The notes: generated by a model not told the origin, from the letters alone. 64,000 nucleotides of DNA from Candidatus Woesearchaeota archaeon (GCA_013202845.1 JABMPT010000010.1:59876-123875); one strand, 5' to 3'. Positions 28,406-38,981 are shown, counted from the stretch's first letter. Program-made: numbers and translations.

Positions 28406-30996
28406 TTTACTGAGTTTATTATCTGTTTAACATTAATCTTTCCGCCTTCGGTTCTTGAAACATCCAATCCATCTTCACCATAGTTGAACTGGACTATCTT
28501 TCCAGAGGCGTCTCTTACAGTGAAATCATACTCAACTTTCAAGTCCTGCAAAGCATTTGCAAGTCTCCTATACAAATAACCGGATTTTGGTGTTCTCAAT
28601 GCAGTATCCATAAGGCTGTCCCTTCCTGTCATTGCCATAAAGAACATCTCGTGAGGCTTTAATCCGCTTTTGAAACCATTCTTTATGAAACCATGAGCAT
28701 CGGGTCCCAGATCATTCTTTCTAAAACATGACAAAGTCCTGTCTTCAAAACCTTTGTCGATTCTTCCGCCTCTCAGAGCCTGTTGTCCTACGCAGGCTGC
28801 TATCTGAGCCAGATTAATCAGGTTTCCTCTTGCTCCGGATTTGATCATTGCCATTGTATTGCTTGTCTGGTCAGTTGTATCTGCCACGACTTGTCCTGAA
28901 TCGTTCCTTGCCTTGTTCAATCTCTCAAGAATCCTTAATTCAAGAGTTTCTGCAAAGCTTCTTCCAGGTAATGGCTCGAGTGTTCCTGCGTGAAACTCTT
29001 CAATCATCCTGTCCACATCCTGATAAGCCGCATCAATGATGAGCTTGACTTTTCCTTCTGCATCTCCTACAAGGTCAGTGTCTGAAAGCTTGGTTGTGAA
29101 TCCATATTTCAACAGGACTTCATTTCCAAGTCTGTATATCTTTCCAAGTATTTCGACCATTTCATCCTTTCCATATTGCTTGTGGATGTTTCTCAGCAAC
29201 AATCCTGAGCCCTCTCCAAGATTGCTCTTGTCCATAATACCTGACAAAAGCTTTCCTTTTCTTATCTTTACAATGTGGTCTGGATCATCTGAATGCACTG
29301 ATCTTGATATTCCATCAAAGTCGAAATCATCTGGTAGCATGAGTGAAAAAATCTCTTTTCCTGTTAGTTCTGCTTTGGCTGAAAATCCTGAGAAGTCAGA
29401 TATGCCAACTGAAGCCAATAAGTCAACTGCTTCATTCCTTGGAAGCTTCATTTCTTTTGTCAACAAATAGTTTCCTGAGATTGCGTCCTGGTTGCAGCCA
29501 ATGATACTTAAACCATATCTTGGACTTATCAACTGAGTCTGTACTTCCATCAATACTTCTGCTTCTGCTCTTGCTTCTTCTGTTTGTGGTATGTGCAAGT
29601 TCATTTCGTCACCATCAAAGTCAGCATTGTAAGGCGCACAAACAGCAGGATTAAGTCTTAGTGTCAATCCAGGCAACACTCTTACCCTGTGGCACATCAT
29701 GCTCATCCTGTGTAGTGATGGTTGTCTGTTGAATAATGATATATCTCCGTTGCAAAGATGTCTCTCGACAATAAATCCTGGCTGTAATTCCTCAAGTAAT
29801 TGCTCTTTTGTCTCATCAGTAATCTTTTTTCTCTTGCCGTCAGGTCTTATAATATAGTTTGCTCCAGGATATTCCTCTGCTCCTTTTTCAACGAATTTTT
29901 TCAAAAATTTTATGTTCCATTCAGTCACTCTTTCAGGAACTGTCAGTTTCATAGCGATGACCATTGGAACTCCTACTTCGTTGATATTGAGCTTTGGATC
30001 CGGGCTAATGACTGTCCTTGCTGAGAAGTTCGTTCTTTTTCCTGCAAGGTTATGCCTGATTCTTCCTTCTTTGCTTTTTATTCTTGCAGTGAGTGTTTTC
30101 AGTGGCTCTCCGCTCCTGTGCCTTGCCGGCGGTAGTTGAGCAACTTCATTATCAAAGAAAGTTGTAACATGATACTGCAATAAGTCCCATAAATCTTCTA
30201 TGATTATCTCCGGTGCTCCTGCGTTGATGTTCTCGAACAATCTCTGGTTGATTCTTACAATATCTCCTAGCTTATGTGTAAGGTCATCCTCGCTTCTTTC
30301 ACCGCTTTCAAGAGTTATTGAAGGTCTCATTGTAACCGGTGGTATCGGCAACACAGTCAGAATCATCCATTCAGGCCTTACTGCTTTTGGATTCATGCCA
30401 AAAACCTCAAGGTCATCATCAGGTATCCTTTCCAAGCGGGTTCTTATCTCGATTGGTGAAAGTCTCTTCTCATCCTCAAGTAAAGTTGTTGGTTTCTCAA
30501 GTCTTACCTTGAACTGTTTTTCCTTGCAATGAGGACATTTAGTGATTGTTTTCAAACTGGCTATTATCTCTGAGACTTTCTTCCTCCTGTTTGATAACCC
30601 AAGCTCTGCACCTACCAATTCCAAAGTATCCAAATGCTTGTTAATCTTGTCCTTAGGTATGAGTATCCTTCCACAATCCTTGCAAGTGCATCTTAGCAAG
30701 TCAAGTATCTCTTTTATGAATTTTATATGCACAATTGATCTTGCCAATTCAATGAATCCAAAGTGTCCGATGCATTCCTTTAACTTGCTTCCGCAGGTCT
30801 TGCATTTCAATCCTGGATCAATGACACCTAGTCTCACATCCATTAATCCACCGTCGACAGGGTATCCTTCTTTATCATAAAGTTCAGGAGTAACAACTTT
30901 TGCTGAAGCCATTTTTTTTATGAACTTAGGACTCATCATTCCAAAAGTTATCTTGCCTATCTTCTTGTATGTGTGTTCAGATTCTTCTAGTGTCAA
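28402..30996 (-). CDS. rpoA1: DNA-directed RNA polymerase subunit A'
   Basis: Active site YNADFDGDEMNLH. Zn-binding N-terminus CKTCGSKLKEC. Confidence 0.95.
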   Translation of the reverse strand: MTLEESEHTYKKIGKITFGMMSPKFIKKMASAKVVTPELYDKEGYPVDGGLMDVRLGVIDPGLKCKTCGSKLKECIGHFGFIELARSIVHIKFIKEILDLLRCTCKDCGRILIPKDKINKHLDTLELVGAELGLSNRRKKVSEIIASLKTITKCPHCKEKQFKVRLEKPTTLLEDEKRLSPIEIRTRLERIPDDDLEVFGMNPKAVRPEWMILTVLPIPPVTMRPSITLESGERSEDDLTHKLGDIVRINQRLFENINAGAPEIIIEDLWDLLQYHVTTFFDNEVAQLPPARHRSGEPLKTLTARIKSKEGRIRHNLAGKRTNFSARTVISPDPKLNINEVGVPMVIAMKLTVPERVTEWNIKFLKKFVEKGAEEYPGANYIIRPDGKRKKITDETKEQLLEELQPGFIVERHLCNGDISLFNRQPSLHRMSMMCHRVRVLPGLTLRLNPAVCAPYNADFDGDEMNLHIPQTEEARAEAEVLMEVQTQLISPRYGLSIIGCNQDAISGNYLLTKEMKLPRNEAVDLLASVGISDFSGFSAKAELTGKEIFSLMLPDDFDFDGISRSVHSDDPDHIVKIRKGKLLSGIMDKSNLGEGSGLLLRNIHKQYGKDEMVEILGKIYRLGNEVLLKYGFTTKLSDTDLVGDAEGKVKLIIDAAYQDVDRMIEEFHAGTLEPLPGRSFAETLELRILERLNKARNDSGQVVADTTDQTSNTMAMIKSGARGNLINLAQIAACVGQQALRGGRIDKGFEDRTLSCFRKNDLGPDAHGFIKNGFKSGLKPHEMFFMAMTGRDSLMDTALRTPKSGYLYRRLANALQDLKVEYDFTVRDASGKIVQFNYGEDGLDVSRTEGGKINVKQIINSVK

Positions 30997-32795
30997 TATT
31001 TTCCCTCCAAACCAAGTTTTGGATATACTGTAAGTGCTTTTAATTCATCAAGTATTAATTTGAATGCATAGCTAATTTCTATGTTTGAGACTTCTGTGTT
31101 TTCTCCGCATATTGGGCAGAATGATTGCTCTTTCCTGCCATCATAGACAGCTATGACTCCGCAATCCTCACAAACTGGAACTATTGTCTTGTCTGCATCA
31201 AACCTTTCTTTCAACAATAGAGAGGTTCCGTGCGCTACAAAGGTGTCTTTCTCCATCTCTCCAAGTCTCAGACCTCCCTCGTTGGCTCTTCCCTCTGTTG
31301 GCTGTCTTGTCAATAACTGTATTGGCCCTCTGGCTCTGGAGTGTACTTTGTTTGCTACCATATGTTTTAATTTTAGATAGTACATGCTTCCGACATAAAT
31401 CTTGGCCTTGTATCTCTCACCAGTTATGCCGTTGTACATTGTCTCTGTACCGTTCTCCATGAAACCCAAGCTTAGTAATTCTTTTCTCAGATCAACCTCT
31501 TTCTCAGAATCAAACAATGTAGCGTTGATCCTTCTTCCTGCCAATGCGCCTGTCTTGCTTGCCAATAACTCAATCATGTGAGCCATTGTCATTCTTGACG
31601 GGATTCCATGAGGACTGAATATAATATCAGGTCTTGTACCTGATGCTGTGAATGGTATATCTTCTTCTGGAACAATTATGCTGATAACTCCTTTCTGACC
31701 GTGCCTGCTTGTGAACTTGTCCCCTATCTCAGGAATTCTTTGATCCCTTAATCTTACCTGGATCAGCTTATTACCTTCAGAGTTTTCTGTTATGGTTACA
31801 AAATCAACAATTCCTTTTTCTCCGTGTTTCAGAGCCATTGAAGATTCTCTTCTGGAACTTGATGTAAGGTTATATTCATCCAGTGAACTCAGGAATCTTG
31901 GAGGGCTAGACTTTCCAATTATGACGTCTCCTTCTTTTACAGCTGCTTCAGGATAGATTATTCCATCATCTTCAAGAAGCCTGTAATCATTCTCTGACCT
32001 GAAGCCCTTGACATCCTTGTCTGGAATAGATACTTCATCAATCAAGCCTCCTGAATATCTTAATTCTTCAGATATCACAGGCCTGTAATAAGTGCTCCTG
32101 CCCATTCCCCTGTCAACAGACCCTTTGTTTATGACAATTGCGTCTTCCATATTGTATCCTTGATATGACATGACTGCCACAACAACATTCTGTCCTGATG
32201 GGTGTTTTTCGTATTCAAGAGTTTCGTGAATCAATGTGCTTGATATAGGATATTGAGGATAATGCAGTAAATTGACATCCATGTCCATTCTGTTAAAATA
32301 GTTTGCTACATAAAATCCTATTGCCTGTTTCTGGTTCTTTGAACCCTGGCTTAGCCTGACTCCATGGTTGAAGTTTCCAAATGGAACCAATGCAGTTGTC
32401 AGACCAACAATATCCAATGGGCTGACTTCCAGATGTGTGTGGTCCGGTGTTAACTCTTCTTCTTTGAAAGCTATCAATGCATTTTCTTCTTCTAAAGCGT
32501 CAAGATAATCAATGACTCCCTGTTTTACAAGGTCAGTCCATGTTATCTCGTTCTTTTCAAGTTGATCAAGATGTTTGTTTGTCAATAATGGTTTTCCATC
32601 ACTTACAACAATGAGTGGTTTGACTGCTCTGCCTCCGCTGATCTCCACTCTTACCTCATCAGTTTTTTGATTGAACATAACATTTGCTGTGATTGGTAGT
32701 TTACCCATTCTTCTCTCTGATACAATCCTGTCTACAAATTCCTCTGGCTTTTTTACTGTTCCAACAAATTTGTTGTTTAAAAATACATCACTCAT
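30993..32795 (-). CDS. rpoB1: DNA-directed RNA polymerase subunit B' (C-terminal part of split B)
   Basis: GQKGVISIIVPEEDIPF, GLRLGEMEKD, and the C-terminal Zn ribbon CEDCG...CPICG. Confidence 0.95.
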   Translation of the reverse strand: MSDVFLNNKFVGTVKKPEEFVDRIVSERRMGKLPITANVMFNQKTDEVRVEISGGRAVKPLIVVSDGKPLLTNKHLDQLEKNEITWTDLVKQGVIDYLDALEEENALIAFKEEELTPDHTHLEVSPLDIVGLTTALVPFGNFNHGVRLSQGSKNQKQAIGFYVANYFNRMDMDVNLLHYPQYPISSTLIHETLEYEKHPSGQNVVVAVMSYQGYNMEDAIVINKGSVDRGMGRSTYYRPVISEELRYSGGLIDEVSIPDKDVKGFRSENDYRLLEDDGIIYPEAAVKEGDVIIGKSSPPRFLSSLDEYNLTSSSRRESSMALKHGEKGIVDFVTITENSEGNKLIQVRLRDQRIPEIGDKFTSRHGQKGVISIIVPEEDIPFTASGTRPDIIFSPHGIPSRMTMAHMIELLASKTGALAGRRINATLFDSEKEVDLRKELLSLGFMENGTETMYNGITGERYKAKIYVGSMYYLKLKHMVANKVHSRARGPIQLLTRQPTEGRANEGGLRLGEMEKDTFVAHGTSLLLKERFDADKTIVPVCEDCGVIAVYDGRKEQSFCPICGENTEVSNIEISYAFKLILDELKALTVYPKLGLEGKY

Positions 32796-34276
32796 TTTAT
32801 CTTCTCCAAGCCCATGCTTTGAAGTGCTGTTAAAACTTTATCTTCATTCTCGGCTTGAGTTATATTTGCTAACAGAGCAAGGTTTTTTCTAAGCCCGATA
32901 TTTGTTCCTTCAGGAGTCTCGCTAGGGCAGAGTCTTCCTATATGCGTAGGATGCAAAGCTCTTGCCTCGAAATTCTCCTGGCTTGAGGATAATGGACTTA
33001 CAACTCTCTGCAAATGTGATTGTGCCTGCAAGAAATTCAATCTCTCGATTCTCTGTGAGATACCTTTTCTTCCACCAACCCAGTTACCAGTAGCCATTGA
33101 GCTATAGATCCTTTGGGTTAACAGCTTCTCTCTTATAATTACCTTTATGCTTGGAAATTTTCCTCTTTTTACGATTCTCTGGAAATTGTACAGGAAGTCA
33201 CCTATCAACACTTTCAAGTTCATCCTAAAAAGGTCTCCAAGCAAATCTCCTGGCAATTTTATTCTCTTGTTCATATAATGATCCTTATCATCAATTGGTA
33301 ATTTGTTATTCTCAACAAGGATGAATTTCTTCATCATCTTGCAAAGATTATAAGCTTTTAGCAGTCTATGCTCTTTTTCTATCCCTAGATGAGGCAATAA
33401 GTACTTGTCAATGATATCAATCATTCTCTCCAACCTAATCTCCCTTGACTGAGTTATACCAATCTTCTTTGCCAGATAATCAATTGCATCCTCTTCTGTT
33501 TTCACGTCGACAAATTCGTAAAGGTTGATTATAACTTCAGAATTTTCCCCCAAATCAATATGTTTCATTATATCTTCATCTTTTTTGAGGCCTAAAACCT
33601 TCAGAACAACTATGATTGGAACTCTCTTCACTCTTGTGAATGACAAGTAGAAAACACCGTCTTTTAATTTCTCAAACTGGTGCGGAATCTTGTATGAACC
33701 TTTCTCAGAGAATATCTTTCCAACGAATTTACTGATGCCTGTTGATGGTTTTTCAACCAAGAACTTGTTAGAAGCAAGATCTTCAATGTTGACAATTGCT
33801 TTCTCTGTCCCGTTTATTATAAAATACCCGCCATTATCATCAGGGTCCTCGCCTGTTTTCACTAATTCCGTTTTGTTAAGTTCGTGCAAATGACAGAACT
33901 TTGATTTAAGCATTATTGGGAGATTACCTATCTGGGTTGTGAACGATTCTCTCTGCACACCATTGATATGTGAACTTACTTCCATAAAGATTGGTGCAGA
34001 ATATGAGATTTTTCTGAGTCTTGCCTCAACAGGATAAATAGATCTTTTTGAACCATCAGCCTCAGTTATCTCAGGCTTTGTAACCCAAATTTTATCTAAT
34101 CTAATCTTGAACTCATCAATGTTTGGTGGTATGATTGTTGGTTCAACCTCCCTGTTCTCATCAATTATTACCTGGAGCTCTTTCTCCACAAATCTGTTGA
34201 AAGACTCTATTGAAGACTGGACTATTGAATTCTCTTCAAAATATTTCTTAATCAAAATCTTTGAATAATCACTCAT
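32792..34276 (-). CDS. rpoB2: DNA-directed RNA polymerase subunit B'' (N-terminal part of split B)
   Basis: N-terminal Rpb2 protrusion/lobe region. The 4-nt overlap with rpoB1 is typical of split-B archaea. Confidence 0.9.
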   Translation of the reverse strand: MSDYSKILIKKYFEENSIVQSSIESFNRFVEKELQVIIDENREVEPTIIPPNIDEFKIRLDKIWVTKPEITEADGSKRSIYPVEARLRKISYSAPIFMEVSSHINGVQRESFTTQIGNLPIMLKSKFCHLHELNKTELVKTGEDPDDNGGYFIINGTEKAIVNIEDLASNKFLVEKPSTGISKFVGKIFSEKGSYKIPHQFEKLKDGVFYLSFTRVKRVPIIVVLKVLGLKKDEDIMKHIDLGENSEVIINLYEFVDVKTEEDAIDYLAKKIGITQSREIRLERMIDIIDKYLLPHLGIEKEHRLLKAYNLCKMMKKFILVENNKLPIDDKDHYMNKRIKLPGDLLGDLFRMNLKVLIGDFLYNFQRIVKRGKFPSIKVIIREKLLTQRIYSSMATGNWVGGRKGISQRIERLNFLQAQSHLQRVVSPLSSSQENFEARALHPTHIGRLCPSETPEGTNIGLRKNLALLANITQAENEDKVLTALQSMGLEKIK

Positions 34277-34511
34277 TAATCACACCTCTATAGAATACAG
34301 TCTCACCGGCAGTAGAACTCTTCCTAATAATCTTGATAACATCCCTTTCTTTAGCATCAAGATGAGAAATTGCAGGGTCTTTGATAGAAATCTTAGGCAG
34401 CTCTTTTATATCAACATTATATTTTTCCATCAAGGCTTTCTTGTCCTTGTCGCTAAGTTTTAGATGCACTGGAACTAAAATGTGAGTTAGTTTGTCTTTC
34501 TTTGCTGCCAT
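34269..34511 (-). CDS. rpoH: RNA polymerase subunit H (Rpb5 homolog)
   Basis: HILVPVHLKLSDKDKKALMEKYNVDIKELPKISIKDPAISHLDAKERDVIKIIRKSSTAGETVFYRGV. The internal Met at 34511 was chosen as the start because the ORF-track start overlaps the tRNA-Lys gene. Confidence 0.85.
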   Translation of the reverse strand: MAAKKDKLTHILVPVHLKLSDKDKKALMEKYNVDIKELPKISIKDPAISHLDAKERDVIKIIRKSSTAGETVFYRGVINE

Positions 34512-34532
34512 TTTTGTTGTTTGATCATAAAC

Positions 34533-34648
34533 TGGGCCGGACGAGATTCGAACTCGCGACCACTTGATTGCTTTCACCTACTGAAAGTTCCAAAACTTCC
34601 AGTTTTGGTTAAAAGTCAAGTGCTCTTGCCAGGCTGAGCTACCGGCCC
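34533..34648 (-). tRNA. tRNA-Lys (anticodon TTT) with a roughly 40-nt canonical intron
   Basis: Acceptor GGGCCGG/CCGGCCC. D arm GCTC-AGCCTGGCAA-GAGC. Anticodon stem CTTGA/TCAAG with loop CTTTTAA. T arm GCGAG-TTCGAAT-CTCGT. Confidence 0.7.
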
Positions 34649-34676
34649 GATGGTTTATGCCCGTAAAGGAAATAAA

Positions 34677-34782
34677 CGCCCTGGCCGGGATTTGAACCCG
34701 GGTCGATGCCTCGACAGGGCATCATGATAGTTATCGCGCGAAACCATGTGATTATCAGCGTGCCGAACTACACTACCAGGGC
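34677..34782 (-). tRNA. tRNA-Asp (anticodon GTC) with a roughly 34-nt non-canonical intron in the 5' half
   Basis: Acceptor GCCCTGG/CCAGGGC+G. GTGTAG D-arm start. Anticodon hairpin ATGCC-CTGTCGA-GGCAT. T arm CCGGG-TTCAAAT-CCCGG. The extra 34 nt sit between the D-stem and the anticodon stem. Confidence 0.6.
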
Positions 34783-35007
34783 AATCTTTGATAAATAATA
34801 TAGCTAGGTCTATCTCCACTTGTGTTTTTGTTAGTGAAGAAAAACCATTTTGTTTGTTTGAGCTCGTCTTTACCTGGGTGTGTGTTGCTTGGAAACCGTA
34901 ATCCCTTTATAAACGTTACGGTTTACTATTGGAAATCATCATACTTTTTTGAGTTTAATTTTATTTTTAATAGAAATATTTATTTATGCATAGAAAAACA
35001 AGGTAAT

Positions 35008-36174
35008 ATGGCATTAAATTTTCATAGAAACATCCCTTTATTGTATATTTACAGTATTCTAATAAAAAGGGTTTCAATGCCAATAATAATTCTATACTTT
35101 CTTTTAAATAATTTAAATTATACCCAAATCGGAATTCTAGCAGCTGTAATGGCTGTCACAACCATGATAACAGAGATTCATGGAGGTATTTTCGCTGATT
35201 TATATGGTAAGAAATACTCTTTGATGCTTCACTCATTCTTTGGAATGATGTGTATGTTCTTTTATTTCATTGGCGATTCATTCTATTATTTTGTTGTAGC
35301 CAGCTTCATGTATGGTCTTGCAGGAACTTTTATCACAGGAACCAGAAATGCGTTGCTGTATGACACTCTTTTACAGACTAATGATACATCAAGCTTCAAG
35401 AAATATAATGGACGAATGCTTCTTTACTCACACTTGGTCAATGCTTTAGTATTATTAGTTATACCTGTAATTTACACATATAACGTTAAGTTTCCTTTCT
35501 TGATAGGAATAGCTTTTTACATAGCATCGTTTATTGTTGCTTATTATTTCATTGAACCTCCAATAGCCAAAACAAATAGAAGATTCTCAGATTACAACAG
35601 AAAGTTTGTTGCAGCAGTTAAAGAGATTGTATTCAGCAAGAAAGCTCTTTTCGCTCTTTTAATGATGACTGTGGTATATGCATCATTGTATATGAGTTCT
35701 GAATATACGCAGCCGCTTCTTTTGATATCTGGTTTGCAGGTAATCTATTTTGGGATAGTATATACTTTGATGAGAGCATTGATGGGATTCGGTGGATGGT
35801 TTACGCATAAGTTGGAGAAATATTTTAGCAACACAAGTCTGTTGATTGCCGGAAGCGGATTCATAGTCCTGGCATTTCTTGGTCACTGGCTTGGAGCAGG
35901 AATTGTTATCATAATTGCAATATTATTAAAGAAATTCTTTGAAGGACTTACAAGAATAATACTGGAAGAAGACATTAATAAGAACATAAAATCAGAAAAT
36001 AGAACAACAATACTATCAATCTCAAGCCTTGTAAGGAATCTATTGACTGCATTGCTCGTGCTTTCTTTTGGCACACTAGCAGACTTTATCGGTGTGCAGA
36101 AAATCTTTGGTTACGCAATAATTGCGTTTATAGTATTAATACTAATTGTTTTCTTTTTCTTGAAAAGAGATTAA
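35008..36174 (+). CDS. MFS-type membrane transporter
   Basis: About 12 predicted TM helices. MFS-like GGIFADLYGKK loop after TM2. The start was moved to the internal ATG at 35008; the region upstream is an AT-rich promoter-like leader. Confidence 0.6.
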   Translation: MALNFHRNIPLLYIYSILIKRVSMPIIILYFLLNNLNYTQIGILAAVMAVTTMITEIHGGIFADLYGKKYSLMLHSFFGMMCMFFYFIGDSFYYFVVASFMYGLAGTFITGTRNALLYDTLLQTNDTSSFKKYNGRMLLYSHLVNALVLLVIPVIYTYNVKFPFLIGIAFYIASFIVAYYFIEPPIAKTNRRFSDYNRKFVAAVKEIVFSKKALFALLMMTVVYASLYMSSEYTQPLLLISGLQVIYFGIVYTLMRALMGFGGWFTHKLEKYFSNTSLLIAGSGFIVLAFLGHWLGAGIVIIIAILLKKFFEGLTRIILEEDINKNIKSENRTTILSISSLVRNLLTALLVLSFGTLADFIGVQKIFGYAIIAFIVLILIVFFFLKRD

Positions 36175-36217
36175 ATCAAAAACTTTATATAATGAAATCC
36201 TATTTTCATTTTCTAAG

Positions 36218-36583
36218 ATGAAGAGAGTTCTTATAATTGAGGATGAGGAAGACATCGCAGAGGCAGAGAAACTGATTCTACAGGACCACTTCAAGGTTTA
36301 TGTCGCATATACTGGCAGTGAGGGTCTTGCAATGGCTGAGAAGCTTAGACCTGATGTTATTGTTCTTGACATAATGTTGCCGCATATATCTGGCTATGAG
36401 ATTGCTCAGAGACTCAAGGATAATAAGAATCTGGCCAATTCAAGGATTGTCATGGTGACTGCAAAAAGCGAACAGGCTGATGAAGATATGGGCAAATACA
36501 GCGGCGCTGAAGTCTATGTCACCAAGCCATTTGAGCCTGAAGAACTTCTCGAAGCAGTGAATAAAGTTCTGAAAAAGAGGTGA
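36218..36583 (+). CDS. CheY-like response regulator, single receiver domain
   Basis: KRVLIIEDEEDIAE. Phospho-acceptor region VIVLDIMLP. TAKSE with the conserved Lys. Confidence 0.85.
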   Translation: MKRVLIIEDEEDIAEAEKLILQDHFKVYVAYTGSEGLAMAEKLRPDVIVLDIMLPHISGYEIAQRLKDNKNLANSRIVMVTAKSEQADEDMGKYSGAEVYVTKPFEPEELLEAVNKVLKKR

Positions 36584-36604
36584 AGAACTTAGCTGTGATA
36601 TTAA

Positions 36605-38074
36605 ATGAATGCATTTGAATTATTAATTATAATCTATCATTCTATAAACAGTTTCATGGCCACTGATGGCGGTGAATTGCTTAAGAAATTCGTTGAGCTC
36701 TTCTTGTTCACAGTTGTAACCTATATGATTGCCAGTGAGTACGGCCGCTCCAAAGAAAGGCACCTAAAGTATTTGATGATTGGGTTTGCAGCTCTAGCAA
36801 TTGACAAATTGATCATGAGCTTGGTTTTTTCTTCTATTGTTTTTGGAGATGTAAGATTGTTTATCCTGAATCCTTTTCTGCCTATTCTAGACTTGTTTTT
36901 AGAGATATTTGCTTTAATATTATTGACTAATTCATTCATTTACCCTATCTTTGCAGACAAGGTTGATGCTTTGAAAAGAAAGATTACCAGAGAGACATTT
37001 ATAGTTATTATAATAGTATTAATTATTGAAGCTTTCTGGCTTGTCAGGGTTACTCATGAGCCTACAGCTGCTTTCAGGAGTGAATTGAGTTATCTGTTCT
37101 TGGAATTATTGAAGATAATGGTTCTTTACAGCCCTATATTCTATATATTATCTAATTTGAAAAAGATGGGCAAGTACGGACCTCACATAATGATTGCTTT
37201 TATAGTAGCTATGATAACACCTGCAACCAATGTCATTAATGTTGTCTTCTTTGGAGGAGCAAGCAACAACTTAAGAGTATTTGCTCATCCATTCCTGTTC
37301 ATCAGTGTATTGTTGTTCACAAGAGTTACTTATCTAAAACTTGTTGATAAGGCAACCATCAAACGTGAGTTGGCTGAGACCAAAGAGAAATATGTCCGTG
37401 AGCATGAATTAGGAAAGATGAAGGATGAATTCGTCAGCACAGTAAGCCATGAATTAAGGACTCCTATAACCTCTATGAAACTTTATTTGGCTTTGCTAAG
37501 GCAAAAAAAATTCGGCGCTTTGAAAAAGAAACAGCAAGATGCTGTTAGTATTGTTGAAAAGGAAACTAATAGATTATCAAAATTAATTGCAGATATATTG
37601 AACCTTTCAAGATTGGAAGCAAAGAAAACAAAGCTGAAGTTGGAGAATGTCAACATCTACAAACTTGTGAAAAACAATCTCTATTATAACCTGGCTGAGC
37701 AGAAAGGAGTTGAGATTGAGAATAATATTTCTAAGAAATTCATTGCAACTGTCGATCCTGAAAAATTCAAACAAGTCTTTATCAATTTGTTTAGTAATGC
37801 AGTGAATTATGCAAGGAGAAAGATTAGTATTTCTGTTAAAGAAGGTGTGAATCACTGGGATTTTATCGTCGAGGATGATGGACCAGGCATTGAAAAAGAA
37901 AAACTTGAAAAATTATTTGATAAATTCTATAGAGTAGGGGATTATCTGACAAAAGATAAGAAAGGAACAGGTCTAGGTCTAGCTATAGTGAAAAATATTG
38001 TAGAACTTCACAACGGCGAAGTCTGGGCAGAATCTAAAAAAGGGACGAGGTTTATTGTCAGATTGCCAAAGTAA
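36605..38074 (+). CDS. Membrane sensor histidine kinase
   Basis: Six or seven N-terminal TM helices. H-box VSTVSHELRTPITSM. N/G boxes NAVNYA, DDGPGI, GTGLGLAIV. Confidence 0.85.
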   Translation: MNAFELLIIIYHSINSFMATDGGELLKKFVELFLFTVVTYMIASEYGRSKERHLKYLMIGFAALAIDKLIMSLVFSSIVFGDVRLFILNPFLPILDLFLEIFALILLTNSFIYPIFADKVDALKRKITRETFIVIIIVLIIEAFWLVRVTHEPTAAFRSELSYLFLELLKIMVLYSPIFYILSNLKKMGKYGPHIMIAFIVAMITPATNVINVVFFGGASNNLRVFAHPFLFISVLLFTRVTYLKLVDKATIKRELAETKEKYVREHELGKMKDEFVSTVSHELRTPITSMKLYLALLRQKKFGALKKKQQDAVSIVEKETNRLSKLIADILNLSRLEAKKTKLKLENVNIYKLVKNNLYYNLAEQKGVEIENNISKKFIATVDPEKFKQVFINLFSNAVNYARRKISISVKEGVNHWDFIVEDDGPGIEKEKLEKLFDKFYRVGDYLTKDKKGTGLGLAIVKNIVELHNGEVWAESKKGTRFIVRLPK

Positions 38075-38102
38075 TATAAATAAGACATTATTTCTGACCG
38101 TC

Positions 38103-38969
38103 ATGAGCACCATTGAGAATTTAGTCAACTATGAATTTCTTGACCTGCTTGAAAAATCAGATATAGATTTTTTTCAGGTTCAAAGAGATCATGAATTTCC
38201 TGAATCAGAACTTAGCTTAAGAAAGAATTACGGTGGCAAAACTGATAAAGGAAGAGAAAGAAAAGTTATGATTCTTGAAATAAGTAAATCATTAATTCAA
38301 ATAATCAATGAGTTTGTCAACGAACATGGAGCTATTACAAGAAAGGAAGTCAGTTACACAGTCACAGAGTATTTTAATGGACAAATACCTGATAATATTA
38401 ATGATCGATTTGAAGGTGATTCATTAGCAAAGATTCTTTTCCCAAACTCAAGCGCATCTTATATTCAAACAGTTAGAAATTACTTAGAAGACAGCAATAT
38501 CAAGCTTGGAAAGATAACAAATTTCTACAATCCTAGAGAGAGAAAGTTAAAACCAAGCATCGGCCCTGGAGCCAATGTATTCTACAAGAGCGAAACAAGA
38601 GCTAAAGAATACATCACTAAGAAATTCACAATCTCAAAAGATGAAAAAAGTCAAACTCGCTCTAGTAAAAGGTCTATACATATAGAATTTCTTAGTCAAT
38701 GGAACGCTGCAACTTTGAGTTTACAACAGAACAGATCTCATCTAAGCCAGATCAATAGCATTAATAGTGATGAAATAGCAATTGAATACTTGATTAACAG
38801 AGGTATTTCTGAAGAAGTCGCCACAGGAATTTTTGATCATGAAGAATTAAAATCAGTCATAGTTTCTGATGATAAGTACAACATCTTTGCATTGGAAGGA
38901 ATAGCATCAATATATCGGAACGAAACAATACAGAAGCAAATAGATTTTAAGTTAAGAGAAAATAAATGA
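38103..38969 (+). CDS. Hypothetical protein downstream of the two-component pair
   Basis: ORF with no motif. The internal ATG at 38103 was preferred because the ORF-track start overlaps the kinase gene's 3' end. Confidence 0.4.
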   Translation: MSTIENLVNYEFLDLLEKSDIDFFQVQRDHEFPESELSLRKNYGGKTDKGRERKVMILEISKSLIQIINEFVNEHGAITRKEVSYTVTEYFNGQIPDNINDRFEGDSLAKILFPNSSASYIQTVRNYLEDSNIKLGKITNFYNPRERKLKPSIGPGANVFYKSETRAKEYITKKFTISKDEKSQTRSSKRSIHIEFLSQWNAATLSLQQNRSHLSQINSINSDEIAIEYLINRGISEEVATGIFDHEELKSVIVSDDKYNIFALEGIASIYRNETIQKQIDFKLRENK

Positions 38970-38981
38970 TTTCTGAAAACC

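Noticed and set aside
28848-31462. Multiple 60-145-aa ORFs on the plus strand inside rpoA'/rpoB'
   Set aside because: Shadow ORFs antisense to highly conserved RNAP genes. No motifs.
34822-35007. N-terminal 62-aa extension of the MFS transporter ORF in the track
   Set aside because: The extension is Phe/Asn-rich translation of an AT-rich promoter-like region immediately downstream of tRNAs. The internal ATG at 35008 precedes the first TM helix.
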